Assembly (NCBI GenBank): GCA_001275005.1
Contig: JWZX01003135.1
Coordinates: 1-48,815 of the forward strand
DNA from: Chrysochromulina tobinii
Taxonomy: Eukaryota
DNA length: 48,815 bases
Direction of reading: 5' to 3'
How positions within the stretch are numbered: the stretch's first letter is position 1; each line of letters begins with the position of its first letter. Shown here one piece after another: positions 38,870 to 48,815 of this stretch. A model generated the notes under the pieces. That model did not search any database. It had not been told where the DNA came from and was given only the letters and a program-made list of their open reading frames with translations. The position numbers and the translations under genes were made by a program.

Positions 38870-41800
38870 TCACAGCTCTTCTGGATCGATGGCCGGCAGC
38901 TCTTCCTCGAGTGCGGACGCGATCTTTTTCATCGTCCTGTCCAGCTTCGCTTGCTCTGCCGCGGAGAGCTCCTTGTCCGCGGCGAGCTTCGGCGTCACCG
39001 TGAAGGACACCTGGCGCTTGATGATGAACTCTGCGCGCTGGCGTGCGCGCTGGCGGCGGCGCTTGTCGAGCTCTTTCTTGTCGATCTTGCCGTCGTGGTT
39101 TGAGTCAAGCCGATCGAGGATGAGGCTTAGAAGCATTTCGAGCCATGGCGCAAGAGGCTGATCTGAGGTCTCCTCACGGTCAAAGGACATTTCGGTGCCG
39201 CGCTTCTCAATCAGCACGCCGCCCTCGTGCTTGCCAGCCGCGATCTCGTCGAAGAACTGCTTGGCGGTGCGCGAGCCATACTTGGCGAGGATCTCGGTCG
39301 TCGGCAGCGGGTGGCGAGTGCACACCCGGCCGAGCGCCTCACAAAAATCGATGTACGTGAGCCTCGTGAGCTTATGGCGCCGCTTCAGCTCGTCGGACAC
39401 AAAGGTCTGCGACCAGACGAAGCAGAGGCGCTCGTCGAGCCGAGAGAGGTAGCCCATCCACATGCTCGCTCCTTCGTCGGGGCTGTCGCGCGTGTCGAGC
39501 AGCCCCGCGTCGAGGCAGAAGCCATGCCACTCGTCGAGCGACATCGTGGGCTCGGGGGTCTTCAAGTCTAATTGCAGCGGATCGCCTTCGATGGTCGCGT
39601 AGTACTCAAAAAAAGTACGGAGCACAGGCTCGAAGCGCTTGAGGACGTCCGCCACCGGCTTGGTGTAGAGCCGCTTGCGACGGAAGACCTCGGGGTCGTG
39701 TGTGGCGCCCTTGGGCAGGTTGGGCAGCAGGTCACGCTGCAGGAAAGTCTCGAGCGCATCGGACACATCGGGGATCGTGCCGTCACGCACGTACTTGGAG
39801 ATCGAGATGCGCACGAGGCACTGCATGAACTCGAAGCGCAGCAACGCAGCGTCCGGGTTGAGGCGCTCGATTTCGCGGTCCTCGAGAGTCTTGGAGGCCG
39901 CCTCATAATTGGCCGAGGCAAAGATGCGTGTGAGCTCCTGAACGTTCAAGTAGGCGGAGTCGATGTCGACGACGCGCACGTCGCGCAGCAACTCGAAGAA
40001 GGTGGACAACCCCATCGCGTACCCATCGTGCGCGTCGCCCGTGGCGCAGTAGTACGTGTGGCACGCGTAGATGGCAGTCGCGTGCTGCGCGAGCACCTCG
40101 CGGATCTTGCCGATCTCGGCGTCCACGCCCGCGAGCCCGAGCCCCTCGTGGTCCTCCCGCGCGATCAATCTGCGGAAGCGATCGGTGTTGCAGCGGCTCC
40201 AATCGATCTGGAAGGCGCGGCTCCTGACTTGGCTCGTATTGTAAAACGAGTGCGCGTCGGAATGACTCCTGCGCGGCGCGAAGACGGAGCGGTCGAGTTC
40301 GAGAGAACCATCCTTGGCAGACTTGCTCGGCTCCTCGCCCGACTCGTCCTTTGGCACACAGTGGAAGAGGATGGGCTCGGATACAATCTCGCCAAACATG
40401 GGTGGGAACGTGCAGTCCTCGAGCAGCGACTTACGGGGCTGCGGGGGTGAGAGGACCGGCGATTGGGTGAGCTTGGGCACGTCTCGCTCCGTCAGCATCG
40501 GCGGCATCGGCGGCGCCGGCAGGGTCGTCGAGCTCTCACCACACTTGAGCTGCCCGAGCGACGTCGGCAGTTGACCGACCGGTTCTCGCTCGGGCACGCG
40601 GCAGTTGCGCGGGTGGCTCGTATGGTACAGCCGCAGCACCTTGCCCTCGGTACCCTCGAGAGGGTACGACGAGAAGTTGTCGTTGCCGATCCTCGAGCCT
40701 GCCACACCAATCCAGCTGAAGAGCTTCGCCTGCGGGCCCGAGCGCTCGGCGCGGCCCTCGGGGTTCCCGGAAAAGGAGAAGCGCGGTGTGTACTGCTCAG
40801 CCTCGGGCAGGATGACCTTGTAATCAGGGCGCGCCTCGTTCCCTTTTTGGAGGTACGCCTTCTCCCATGGCTCTAGCGTTGCAGCGAGCTCCGGCTTGAT
40901 GGAAGGCACCCCCTTTTGAGTGATCTTGATCTCAACCACGGGCGGCCTCCACTGGTTGCCCACCCGGGCCGTCTCCTCCGCCTCCGCCTGCTTGGCCAGC
41001 GCAGCCGCCTTCGCTATTCCGAAAAGACCGCCCTGCACAGCCCCAAGCCCGGCCTGCACCGCCGCAGACGCCGCCAGCTCCGCCTTCTGGCGCACCGGCG
41101 CGGGACCCTCATATCGCTTGGGCTTCGTCTTCGCGCCGCCCACCGCACCCGCTGCCGTCGCGGGGCGCGCCGCCTCCGCCGCCGCCTTCTCGTCGGCATC
41201 CTTTGCAAATGACTGCCTCCGCTTCAGATCATCGAGGCGCGCGGCGCTCCCTGCTGCCTCTTTCTCGGCGTCCGAGAGCTCATCGCTGCCACCGCCCTTC
41301 CCCTTCTTCTTCCCCTTCTTCTCCTTCTTCTCCTTCTCGATCACAATCTCGCTCTCGAGCTCCTTCATCCTCGCTTCCAAGCGCTTCAGCTCCTCCTCCT
41401 CCCCGGCCGTGAGATGCCCTTCTGCGGCTGCGCCGAGGCCGAGGCGAAGAAGGCTGCCCATCGCGGGCTTTCGCAGGATCGGCATCGACGCGGAGAGGCC
41501 AAGGCCAGGCGCCGCCACGGGCGCCGCCACGAGCGCCGCCTCGGTCGCCGCGACGGATTGGCTGAGAGGCGCCGTGTCGGGCGCCGTGTCGGTCCCGGCA
41601 CCGCCCTTGGCTGCTAAGATGTGCCCAAACCTTTTGGTCGTCGCCGGCGGCGGTGTCGCCGACGGCTTGAGTGGCAGTGCCGGCCCACTGCCCCCCTTGG
41701 AGACACCGCCAGGCGTGCCCCCGGCCTTGGCCCCCCGCACCACCCGGCGTCTTAGGACGAGCGTCGTGATGGGCGCCACCCGGCGTCTTCAGGCGAGCGT

Positions 41801-44800
41801 CACCCGCCTGGCTAGCGCCGTGTTGGGCGCCAGGCGCGGGCGTGCCCGGCTTGCTGATCGGCGTGAGCGGGACCACGGGCCGCTTGGGCGCGCCAGGAGG
41901 CACTCCCATCGGAGGCTCGAGAGGCTTGCGCCAGACGTCGAGAAAGTTTCGGCGCATCAGCTCCTGCAGTCCGGCACTACTGGTGCTCGGGCGCAGCGCC
42001 TTGCCCGCCGCGCCCGCCGGCAGTGCGCCCTGCTCCTCCGGGGGCGGCGCCAGGAGCGAATAGTCGACCTTGGGCTTCAGGAGGCGACGGCGCGAGGCGG
42101 CACCGCCGCGCAGCTTGTCGGGTCCCTTGGCCTTCTCGAGCAGCTCGAAGAAGGTCTCGAACTCCTGACGCGAGACGGCGTCGGAGCCGTCCGAGTCCAT
42201 GACCTTGAACAACTCATCGAAGGCGTTGATCTGCTCCTGCAGGTCGACGCCCGTGACCGAGTTCTTCGCCGTGCCGCTCAGCGGGAGGAGTGGGAGGAGC
42301 AGCTCACGCACCCGCTCGTCCTGACGAAACGCCCGAATCATCTCGAGGCGGGTGAGATCGCCGTCGTCGTTCGCATCCATCAGCGCGAACGCCGCACGTG
42401 CCAGCAGCACCTGCTGCGGCTCCTCCCCTGCATTGAGCTCGGCGAGGCCCTCGATGTCCTCGCCCTCGGCCGCCTGCTGCTCGGCCTTCTCAGTCTCCTC
42501 CATAGAAGCGATCCAGTCGAGGTAGCGCTGGCGAGCGTCGGGCGGCGCCGCCTTCTCAGCCGGCGCGACGGAGGCAGTGCTCGGCTTGCGTCCCAGGCCA
42601 CCGCCCGGCGAACCGGGTGCTGACGGAGTCGCACCCTCTGGCACGGCGGCGGCGGGCGCAGGCGCGGCGGCGGAGAGCAGCGGCGGCTTGAGGAGCGGCT
42701 TGCTCGGCGCGTTCGCGAGACCGTCTATCCTAAGCGGCCCCCCAGACCACACCGCCGTCTTGAGCGAGAGCTCAGCCACGTACATAGGGTTACGGTTGGC
42801 CGGGTGGGTGGCGAGGTTGTAGAGCGTCTCTCCCGCCATCTCGCCCAGCGGCCGCAGCGCCCCTTCCCAGCCGAACTTTTCGCTCGTGTGCCGGATCTCG
42901 AGCAGCGAGCTCAGCCCATGCACTTGCACCGCCACCTGGGCGCAGCGGGCGCCCGAAAGATTGAGCACCGCATTGAGCGCATCGCGTAGCAGCTCGGGAG
43001 CGTGCCCCTCATAATGCGCTTGCGCTGCGCGCGCGTGCGCCGGCCGCTGATCGTGCTCCTCGAGCACGTCTTCACCAACGGCCGTCGTCATCGTAGGAGG
43101 AGGGGGCGCACCGCTCGGCACCAGTGAAGCGCCGGCTTCGGACGGCACGTCATACGGCGGCACGCTGAGCACGGTGAGGAGCGCGGCTGCCTCGGTCCGC
43201 AGCACGGCGCATACCTTCTCGGCCGTCTTTATCGACATGAGCTGCTGCTGGTTGCCGTACTGCGCCGAGCGCGCTATCCCTCGGCAACCGACCGCGCGCA
43301 GCTTGGGCGACGCGTCTGAGAGCAGATGGACCATCAGCACATCCAGCCCGCTGGCCGGCGCATGGCGGGGGCTGCTCTCAGCTGCCGGCTGCTTGGGCGA
43401 CGCGTGTGCCTTGTACGCTGGGTGGGACGAGTCGAGATCCTCAGGATGATGAACGATGGTCTCTACCTGGTGGAGGGTGCACGCCGCCGTGATCCGGGTC
43501 GGCGGTGGCGCCCATGTCGACTTCACCGCGAGCGAGCGTGTGCAGCGCTTGCGTCACACCAAACTGCGCGAGCTGCCCGATGAGGGCGGAGCCGCTGGTG
43601 AGCATGATCGAGATGGTGCCGAGTGAGGCCTTGCGCAGCTGCTCGTGAGCCGTCTGCTGCACCGCGCTGATCAGCGCGGCGGACGCGAGGCCCAGGGCCA
43701 CCGTGGCGCTCGCCGGGCGCACGCATAGCTGCCAGAGTGCGATCGCGCACCACGTGGCCAGAGGCGCGTGCGCGCCCTCGAGCTTCGCCTCGCTCACCTG
43801 TGGGAACAAGAGGGGTGGGGGCGCCGTGGTGAGCACTTGCATGCGAGCCAATCGGAAGGGAAGCGCCCTCGAGCTTCGCCACGCTCACCGCGAGCGCGAA
43901 CGCCCGGCTCAGCGCGTCGGTCACCCCGATCTCGAAGAGGAGATCGCAGAGCGCGTGGCTCAGCTGCCCCTTGGAGGGCCCTTGGTTCGCATGCAGCCAG
44001 AAGAGCGCCGCGAGGCTCATGCCTCCTGTGGGCGAGAGAGGCAACTCGGTGACCAGCCGCGACAGAAGCACGCGGCTCAGGGGTGTGAAGGTTGCCGTGC
44101 TGGAGGGGCCGACGCCGGACGTTGACGGTCGCTTCGTGGCGAGATGGGAGACGGGCCGAGAGACTGGTTGAGGAGGGGGCTGCGAGGCGGCGGCGGCGGC
44201 CGCTCGCGTGGCGTCGTCTGCGAGCGCCTCGTGCCCGTGCGCGACGAGAGTGAGGAGGGCGGCGGCCAGGTGGCCATGTAGCGCGCGCACGCTCCCGGTC
44301 AACTCGACGGTGCAAGGGAAGGGCTCCTCGGTGGAAGGAGTGCCTTCCTTTGCGCTGCTACCCTTGGCGCCACTGCCGCCCGTGACGGCGCTGCCGCCCG
44401 TGACGGCGCTGCCAGGCCTGGCCGCACTACCGGCAAGGGCTGAGGGCACCGCTTCCCGGCTCGCAGGCCGGCTATCGGGCTTCGGATGATAGTGCGCCTG
44501 CCGGTCAGCCTCCATGCGCACCACGCCCATCAACTCGATGATGCGCGCGATACCGTTGGCGCGGCGCAGGGCGAGGACCGCCACCTTGCTCAGCGCCACG
44601 AGCGACGCGCCATACACCTCGCACGCGCGCCAGCCTGCCGCGGGGTCCGTTGGCTTGACCCGCTCGACGGTGTTTCGTTTGAATTGGGCCAATTCGTCAA
44701 TCGGCTTCGGAGGCGCGGGCTTGATCGCCGCCTCGAGGGAGCTGAGCAGGTCGATCGCCACCGTCTTGGCCGCATACAGCGACACGCCACGCAGCGCGCC

Positions 44801-47011
44801 GTGGATTTCGAGCTTCGTCGGCTCGTCGCCCGTTGGGTTGGCTTCGGCCGCCTTGACCTGCGAGCGCCGCTTTTGCGCGCCGGCGCCCGGTAAGGGGATC
44901 CCGGGTGACGACGGCGCGGGGATCTGCACGGGGGCGTCGTCCGGCTCGCCCGGCGGCATCAGGTGTGCCTCCGCACATGCCTCCACAAAGGCGCGGTATT
45001 CGAGCACACTCGGTGGCTCCACCACGCCCGGCGACGCCTCCACCGGCGCCTCGGCCGGCGCGGCCGCCGCTGCGGCCACGTCGCCGGCCTCGGCCTCGCC
45101 CTCTGGCGACGGCGCGGTCTCAGCAGCCGTAGGCGGCGGCGGAGGAGGTGGTGGAGGATAGATCGCCTCGAGCAACGCGAGGCCGTCGTGGCCCTGCTCA
45201 CCAGTGGGGGCTTGCAGCGACGCGAGCATTCCAAGCGCCGTCGTGCGCAGCTTGGCGCCGTGCTTGGTCACCAGTTTCGTCAAGCATGCATTCATCTCGA
45301 GCACGGTCGAGGGCACGTCCGCAGGCGTCGGTGCGGCCCGTGAGGCGCCGGGCGCGGCGACCCCTACAGAGGACGCGCCGTCGGGCTTGTACCCTACCGG
45401 CAGCAGCACGTTCGTAGAGAGGAGACCCGCCCTCTTGGGCTTCTGTGTGTCGGCATCCCACTCGTCCGTGGCGTGGGCGTGGCAGCCTCGCTCCGGGGAG
45501 AGCTCCAGGAGCGCGCGCGTGAGCCACAGCCAGCCCGAGCTCAGGAGCAGCGGCGTGTGTCGGTGCAGATGGCCGAGCATGGACCAGATACAGCCGATGA
45601 GACTGCGCAGCAGCCGACAGCTAGCGTCCGCGCCACCGAAGCCCTCGGCCGGCGCACCCGTGCGCACGTAGCGCTGCACCGTGAGCAGCAGAGGGATCGA
45701 AGCGGCGCGCAGCGCGCCCACCAGCTTTGGCAGCCCCTCGAGAATGCGAAGGTCGCTCGCGCGCGCGGGATGCAGCCTTACGCGTGCGAGCGCAAAACAC
45801 ACCAGGTCAGCAGCTTGCTGGCGCGTGCTCGCGTCAGTGAGGCCACTCGTGCATGCCAGTCGCACGAGCTGCTCGAGGCCGCCCTCAAGCAGCGACTTGC
45901 ACACGGGCGGCGACACCTCGGCCGCGCGCGTGAGCAGCGCCGCGCACGCGGCCTTGAGCGGCGCCGGGCTGTGCTCGGCATGTGCCTCGAGCACAGGCAG
46001 GAGGCGCAACGCGACGCTCGTGCGCTGGAAGGCGCGCTTGCCAGTCTCGCACGCGAGGAGGGCCAGGAGACCGCCCGCATGCCACACGCGTTGCTCGAGG
46101 ATCGCGTACCCAGTGCATGCCACCGCGCGCGCCGCCTGCAGGTCGTTTGGGCTCGGCTCGCTCGGCTCAGCCGCCTCGTCCTCGTCGTCGAGCACCGCCT
46201 GGGGCGGCAGCAGCACCTTGTACGGCGCCGAGTGGGTGTTCGACCGGCGCAGCCGCCGCGAATTCCCGCCGGCACCCTCGGCGGCCGCCGCCGCGTCACG
46301 CGCCGCTTCGACGCAAAGCTCCGCCGAGCGCGGCTCAGGAAGGCTGTCGGGCAGCAGCGCCTGCAGGAGCGCTGGCACCAGGTCGCCCACGTTCATGCGC
46401 GCGAGCGTCGGCTCGTGCTCGGCGAGTCGCCAGATGGCCGCGGCCGCGATACTCTGCACGCGCAGCTCTGGCGAGCGCAACGCCGCCGCCGCCGCCTCGA
46501 AGAGCGAGTACGTCATGTACCGGTGGTTGAACGGTTGGCACGCGAGCTCCCACAGGCCATGAATCGCCTGGTACTTGAGCTCGACGTCGGAGGAGGCCAG
46601 CCCGCAGCGAATGCTCTCGATGGCCGCCTCCAGCACGTCCACACGCCGAGCCGTATCGGCCACTTTGTGCGCCTCGAAGGCCGCGAGCACCTCATCCGAG
46701 GTTCGCAGCGGCACGTTCTCGAGCAGGATCGTCATCTCCGTGCCAAAGAGTCGTGAGACCACGTCGCGCAACTGCGGGAGCGTCGGCGGATTCGTGCCCG
46801 CCATCGTGTGCTCGATCAAGCCTGCTTCCTTCGACTCGAAGCGGAGCGCGAGCGACATGGTCCTTGCCTTTGGCCGGGAAGAGCGGAGGGCACCCGCCTG
46901 CGAAGCCTCGCGACGCCCGAAACTGCAGCCCGAAACGGCAATTTCTTCGTAAAGGACCTTTCTGTCGCGGTACGATTGTACCATGAAAAACATGCTCCCC
47001 CCGTCAAGCAT
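38870..47011 (-). CDS. Giant (~2,680 aa) ARM/HEAT-like + EF-hand protein, possibly flagellar; one intron and two apparent frameshifts
   Basis: Four overlapping ORFs join via intron 43798-43888, a 4-nt duplication at 43529-43536 and a homopolymer slip at 41731-41736. EF loops DANDDGDLTRLE, DSDGSDAVSRQE and DSNHDGKIDKKE. Helical-repeat segments such as AIHGLWELA and AAAAIWRLA. Confidence 0.7.
43798..43888 (-). other. Intron (91 nt) beginning with a 26-nt copy of the next exon start, 'family B' core
   Basis: GCG|gtgagcgtggcgaagctcgagggcgc ... gcatgcaagtgctcaccacggcgc...ttcccacag|GTGAGCGAGGCGAAGCTCGAGGGCGC. Confidence 0.85.
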
Positions 47012-47558
47012 GCCTTGGTGCTTGGAAATACAACGTGCCGTCGTGAGCACGGTGACAAAGAATCATGATCCATCCCGTCAAGATCGTATCGTACGCGGTC
47101 AGCCGGCACGGCCGGTTATAATAATATCTCGTATGATTTGTATTCAGATCCATTCTTCTCGCGCGACAGCCGACATACAGCCGCGAGCCGGCACACTAAC
47201 ACCCTTCTACTGTGCTCGTGCACACGAGAGATCGAGAGATCGCGACGCGACACGAGAGTCAGAGAGCGCACACACACGCAACGGCACACGCACACGACGG
47301 CACGACGGCCCACGGTTTGGCACGGCACAGCGACACAGCCCCCAAGGTCCCCATCCCGCAGCAGCTCATCCACAGGCTCCAGACGCCCATCATGGCGCTG
47401 CAGAGGGGACCTAGGGAGCGGGAGAGGGGAATTCCCCACAGAGCTTACCGCCGGCCTACCCCTCGCCCCCCACCTCAGTCCGGTACGACATCACTGCATG
47501 GTTTCCTCGGCACTAAAGCCCTTGTGCTCGTGCTGCGACGCTTTCGCCAAAAGACGTT

Positions 47559-48815
47559 TCACATCTTCCAGCCCTGGCCGCCCATATTCATCCCGCCCAT
47601 CTGGTTGGCGAGGTTGCCCATGCCGCCGCCCATGCCGCCACCCATGCCGCCGGGCATGCCGCCACCCATCTGGCCCGGCATGCCGCCCATGCCACCCATC
47701 TGGCCGGGCATGCCGCCGCCCATCTGGCCAGGCATGCCGCCGCCCATGCCGCCGCCCATCTGGCCTGGCATGCCTCCGCCCATGCCGCCTCCCATGCCAC
47801 CCATCTGGCCGGGCATTCCGCCACCCATCTGGCCGGGCATTCCGCCGCCCATCTGGCCGGGCATTCCGCCACCCATCTGGCCTGGCATACCGCCGCCCAT
47901 GCCGCCGCCCATGCCGCCGCCCATCTGGCCAGGCATGCCCGGGCGGGGCGGCATCCCACCCATCTGGCCGGGCATGCCGCCGCCCATGCCGCCGCCCATG
48001 CCGCCGCCCATGCCGCCGCCCATGCCGCCCATGCCGCCCATCTGGCCGGGCATGCCGCCGCCCATGCCGCCGCCCATGCCGCCGCCCATGCCGCCACCCA
48101 TCTGGCCGGGCATGCCGCCACCCATCTGGCCGGGCATGCCGCCGCCCATGCCGCCGCCCATGCCGCCGCCCATGCCGCCACCCATCTGGCCGGGCATGCC
48201 GCCACCCATCTGGCCGGGCATGCCGCCACCCATCTGGCCTGGCATCCCGCCGCCCATGCCACCGGGCATGCCGCCGCCCATCTGGCCTGGCATACCGCCG
48301 CCCATGCCGCCGCCCATCTGGCCAGGCATGCCCGGGCGAGGCGGCATCCCACCCATCTGGCCGGGCATGCCGCCGCCCATGCCGCCGCCCATGCCGCCGC
48401 CCATGCCGCCACCCATCTGGCCGGGCATTCCGCCGCCCATCTGGCCGGGCATTCCGCCGCCCATCTGGCCGGGCATCTGGCCGCCCATCTGGCCGGGCAT
48501 CTGGCCGCCCATCTGGCCGGGCATGCCGCCACCCATCTGGCCGGGCATGCCGCCACCCATCATACCGCCTTGCATCGGCATGCCGCCCATTTGGCCTCCC
48601 ATGCCACCCATGCCACCCATGCCACCGGCAGGGGCATTGCCGAACATCGACATGATGTCGTTCTTCTTGTCCACGGGCGGTGCCGGGGCCGGCGCCGGCG
48701 CGGCGCCGAAGTCGACACCTCCAAAGCCTGCCCCGAAGCCGGCGTTTGCCGCCGGGGCCGGGGCCGGCGCCGGCGCGGGCGCATCGAACGAGCCGAACAT
48801 GTCGACACCCGCCGG
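47559..48815 (-). CDS. C-terminal part of a protein with a long Gly/Met/Pro/Gln repeat tail, possibly ArfGAP(SMAP)/epsin-like adaptor (5'-truncated)
   Basis: Frame is open to the window edge. DMFGSFD, DFG and KNDIMSMFG motifs precede (GGMPGQM)n repeats. Confidence 0.65.
   Translation of the reverse strand, partial: PAGVDMFGSFDAPAPAPAPAPAANAGFGAGFGGVDFGAAPAPAPAPPVDKKNDIMSMFGNAPAGGMGGMGGMGGQMGGMPMQGGMMGGGMPGQMGGGMPGQMGGQMPGQMGGQMPGQMGGGMPGQMGGGMPGQMGGGMGGGMGGGMGGGMPGQMGGMPPRPGMPGQMGGGMGGGMPGQMGGGMPGGMGGGMPGQMGGGMPGQMGGGMPGQMGGGMGGGMGGGMGGGMPGQMGGGMPGQMGGGMGGGMGGGMGGGMPGQMGGMGGMGGGMGGGMGGGMGGGMPGQMGGMPPRPGMPGQMGGGMGGGMGGGMPGQMGGGMPGQMGGGMPGQMGGGMPGQMGGMGGGMGGGMPGQMGGGMGGGMPGQMGGGMPGQMGGMGGMPGQMGGGMPGGMGGGMGGGMGNLANQMGGMNMGGQGWKM

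Noticed and set aside
38834..38872. Selenocysteine recoding of the terminal TGA
   Set aside because: There is no redox-motif context and I could not identify a SECIS by eye. Kept only as possible readthrough or error.
47138..48655. 505-aa Cys/Arg/Pro-rich (keratin-associated/metallothionein-like) ORF
   Set aside because: It is the antisense shadow of the Gly/Met repeat CDS.

Overview
This is a GC-rich, gene-dense eukaryotic window with spliceosomal introns (GT-AG and one GC-AG). The gene content and the (GAGGCAATCA)n-type intron repeats suggest a haptophyte alga, possibly Chrysochromulina-like (inference). About 16 protein genes can be supported: a myristoylated SAM-[HET-ARM]x2 protein, an EF-hand/PGPGAY-repeat protein, a spliced coiled-coil orphan, a DNA ligase fragment, an M18 aspartyl aminopeptidase, an HSL-family esterase, a 7-exon GDP-sugar transporter fused to a FUT8/GT23-like domain, a SMYD methyltransferase, a 2OG-Fe(II)/Sel1 protein, a large R-S-E ADP-ribosyltransferase, a SERGT/GT96-like enzyme with ShKT, a PDZ membrane protein, a 6TM GYGD K+ channel, a disrupted ~2,700-aa ARM/EF-hand gene, and two edge-truncated genes. 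Three signals stand out. (1) Introns in unrelated genes are built from a short copy of the adjacent exon, branch-point-like 10-mer arrays and a shared 3' cassette, which looks like ongoing intron creation. (2) One protein carries the SARM1 domain set (SAM, TIR-like HET, ARM) in permuted order. (3) A nucleotide-sugar transporter-fucosyltransferase fusion is visible only after manual splicing. All splice models and family calls were made by eye, with no database search.
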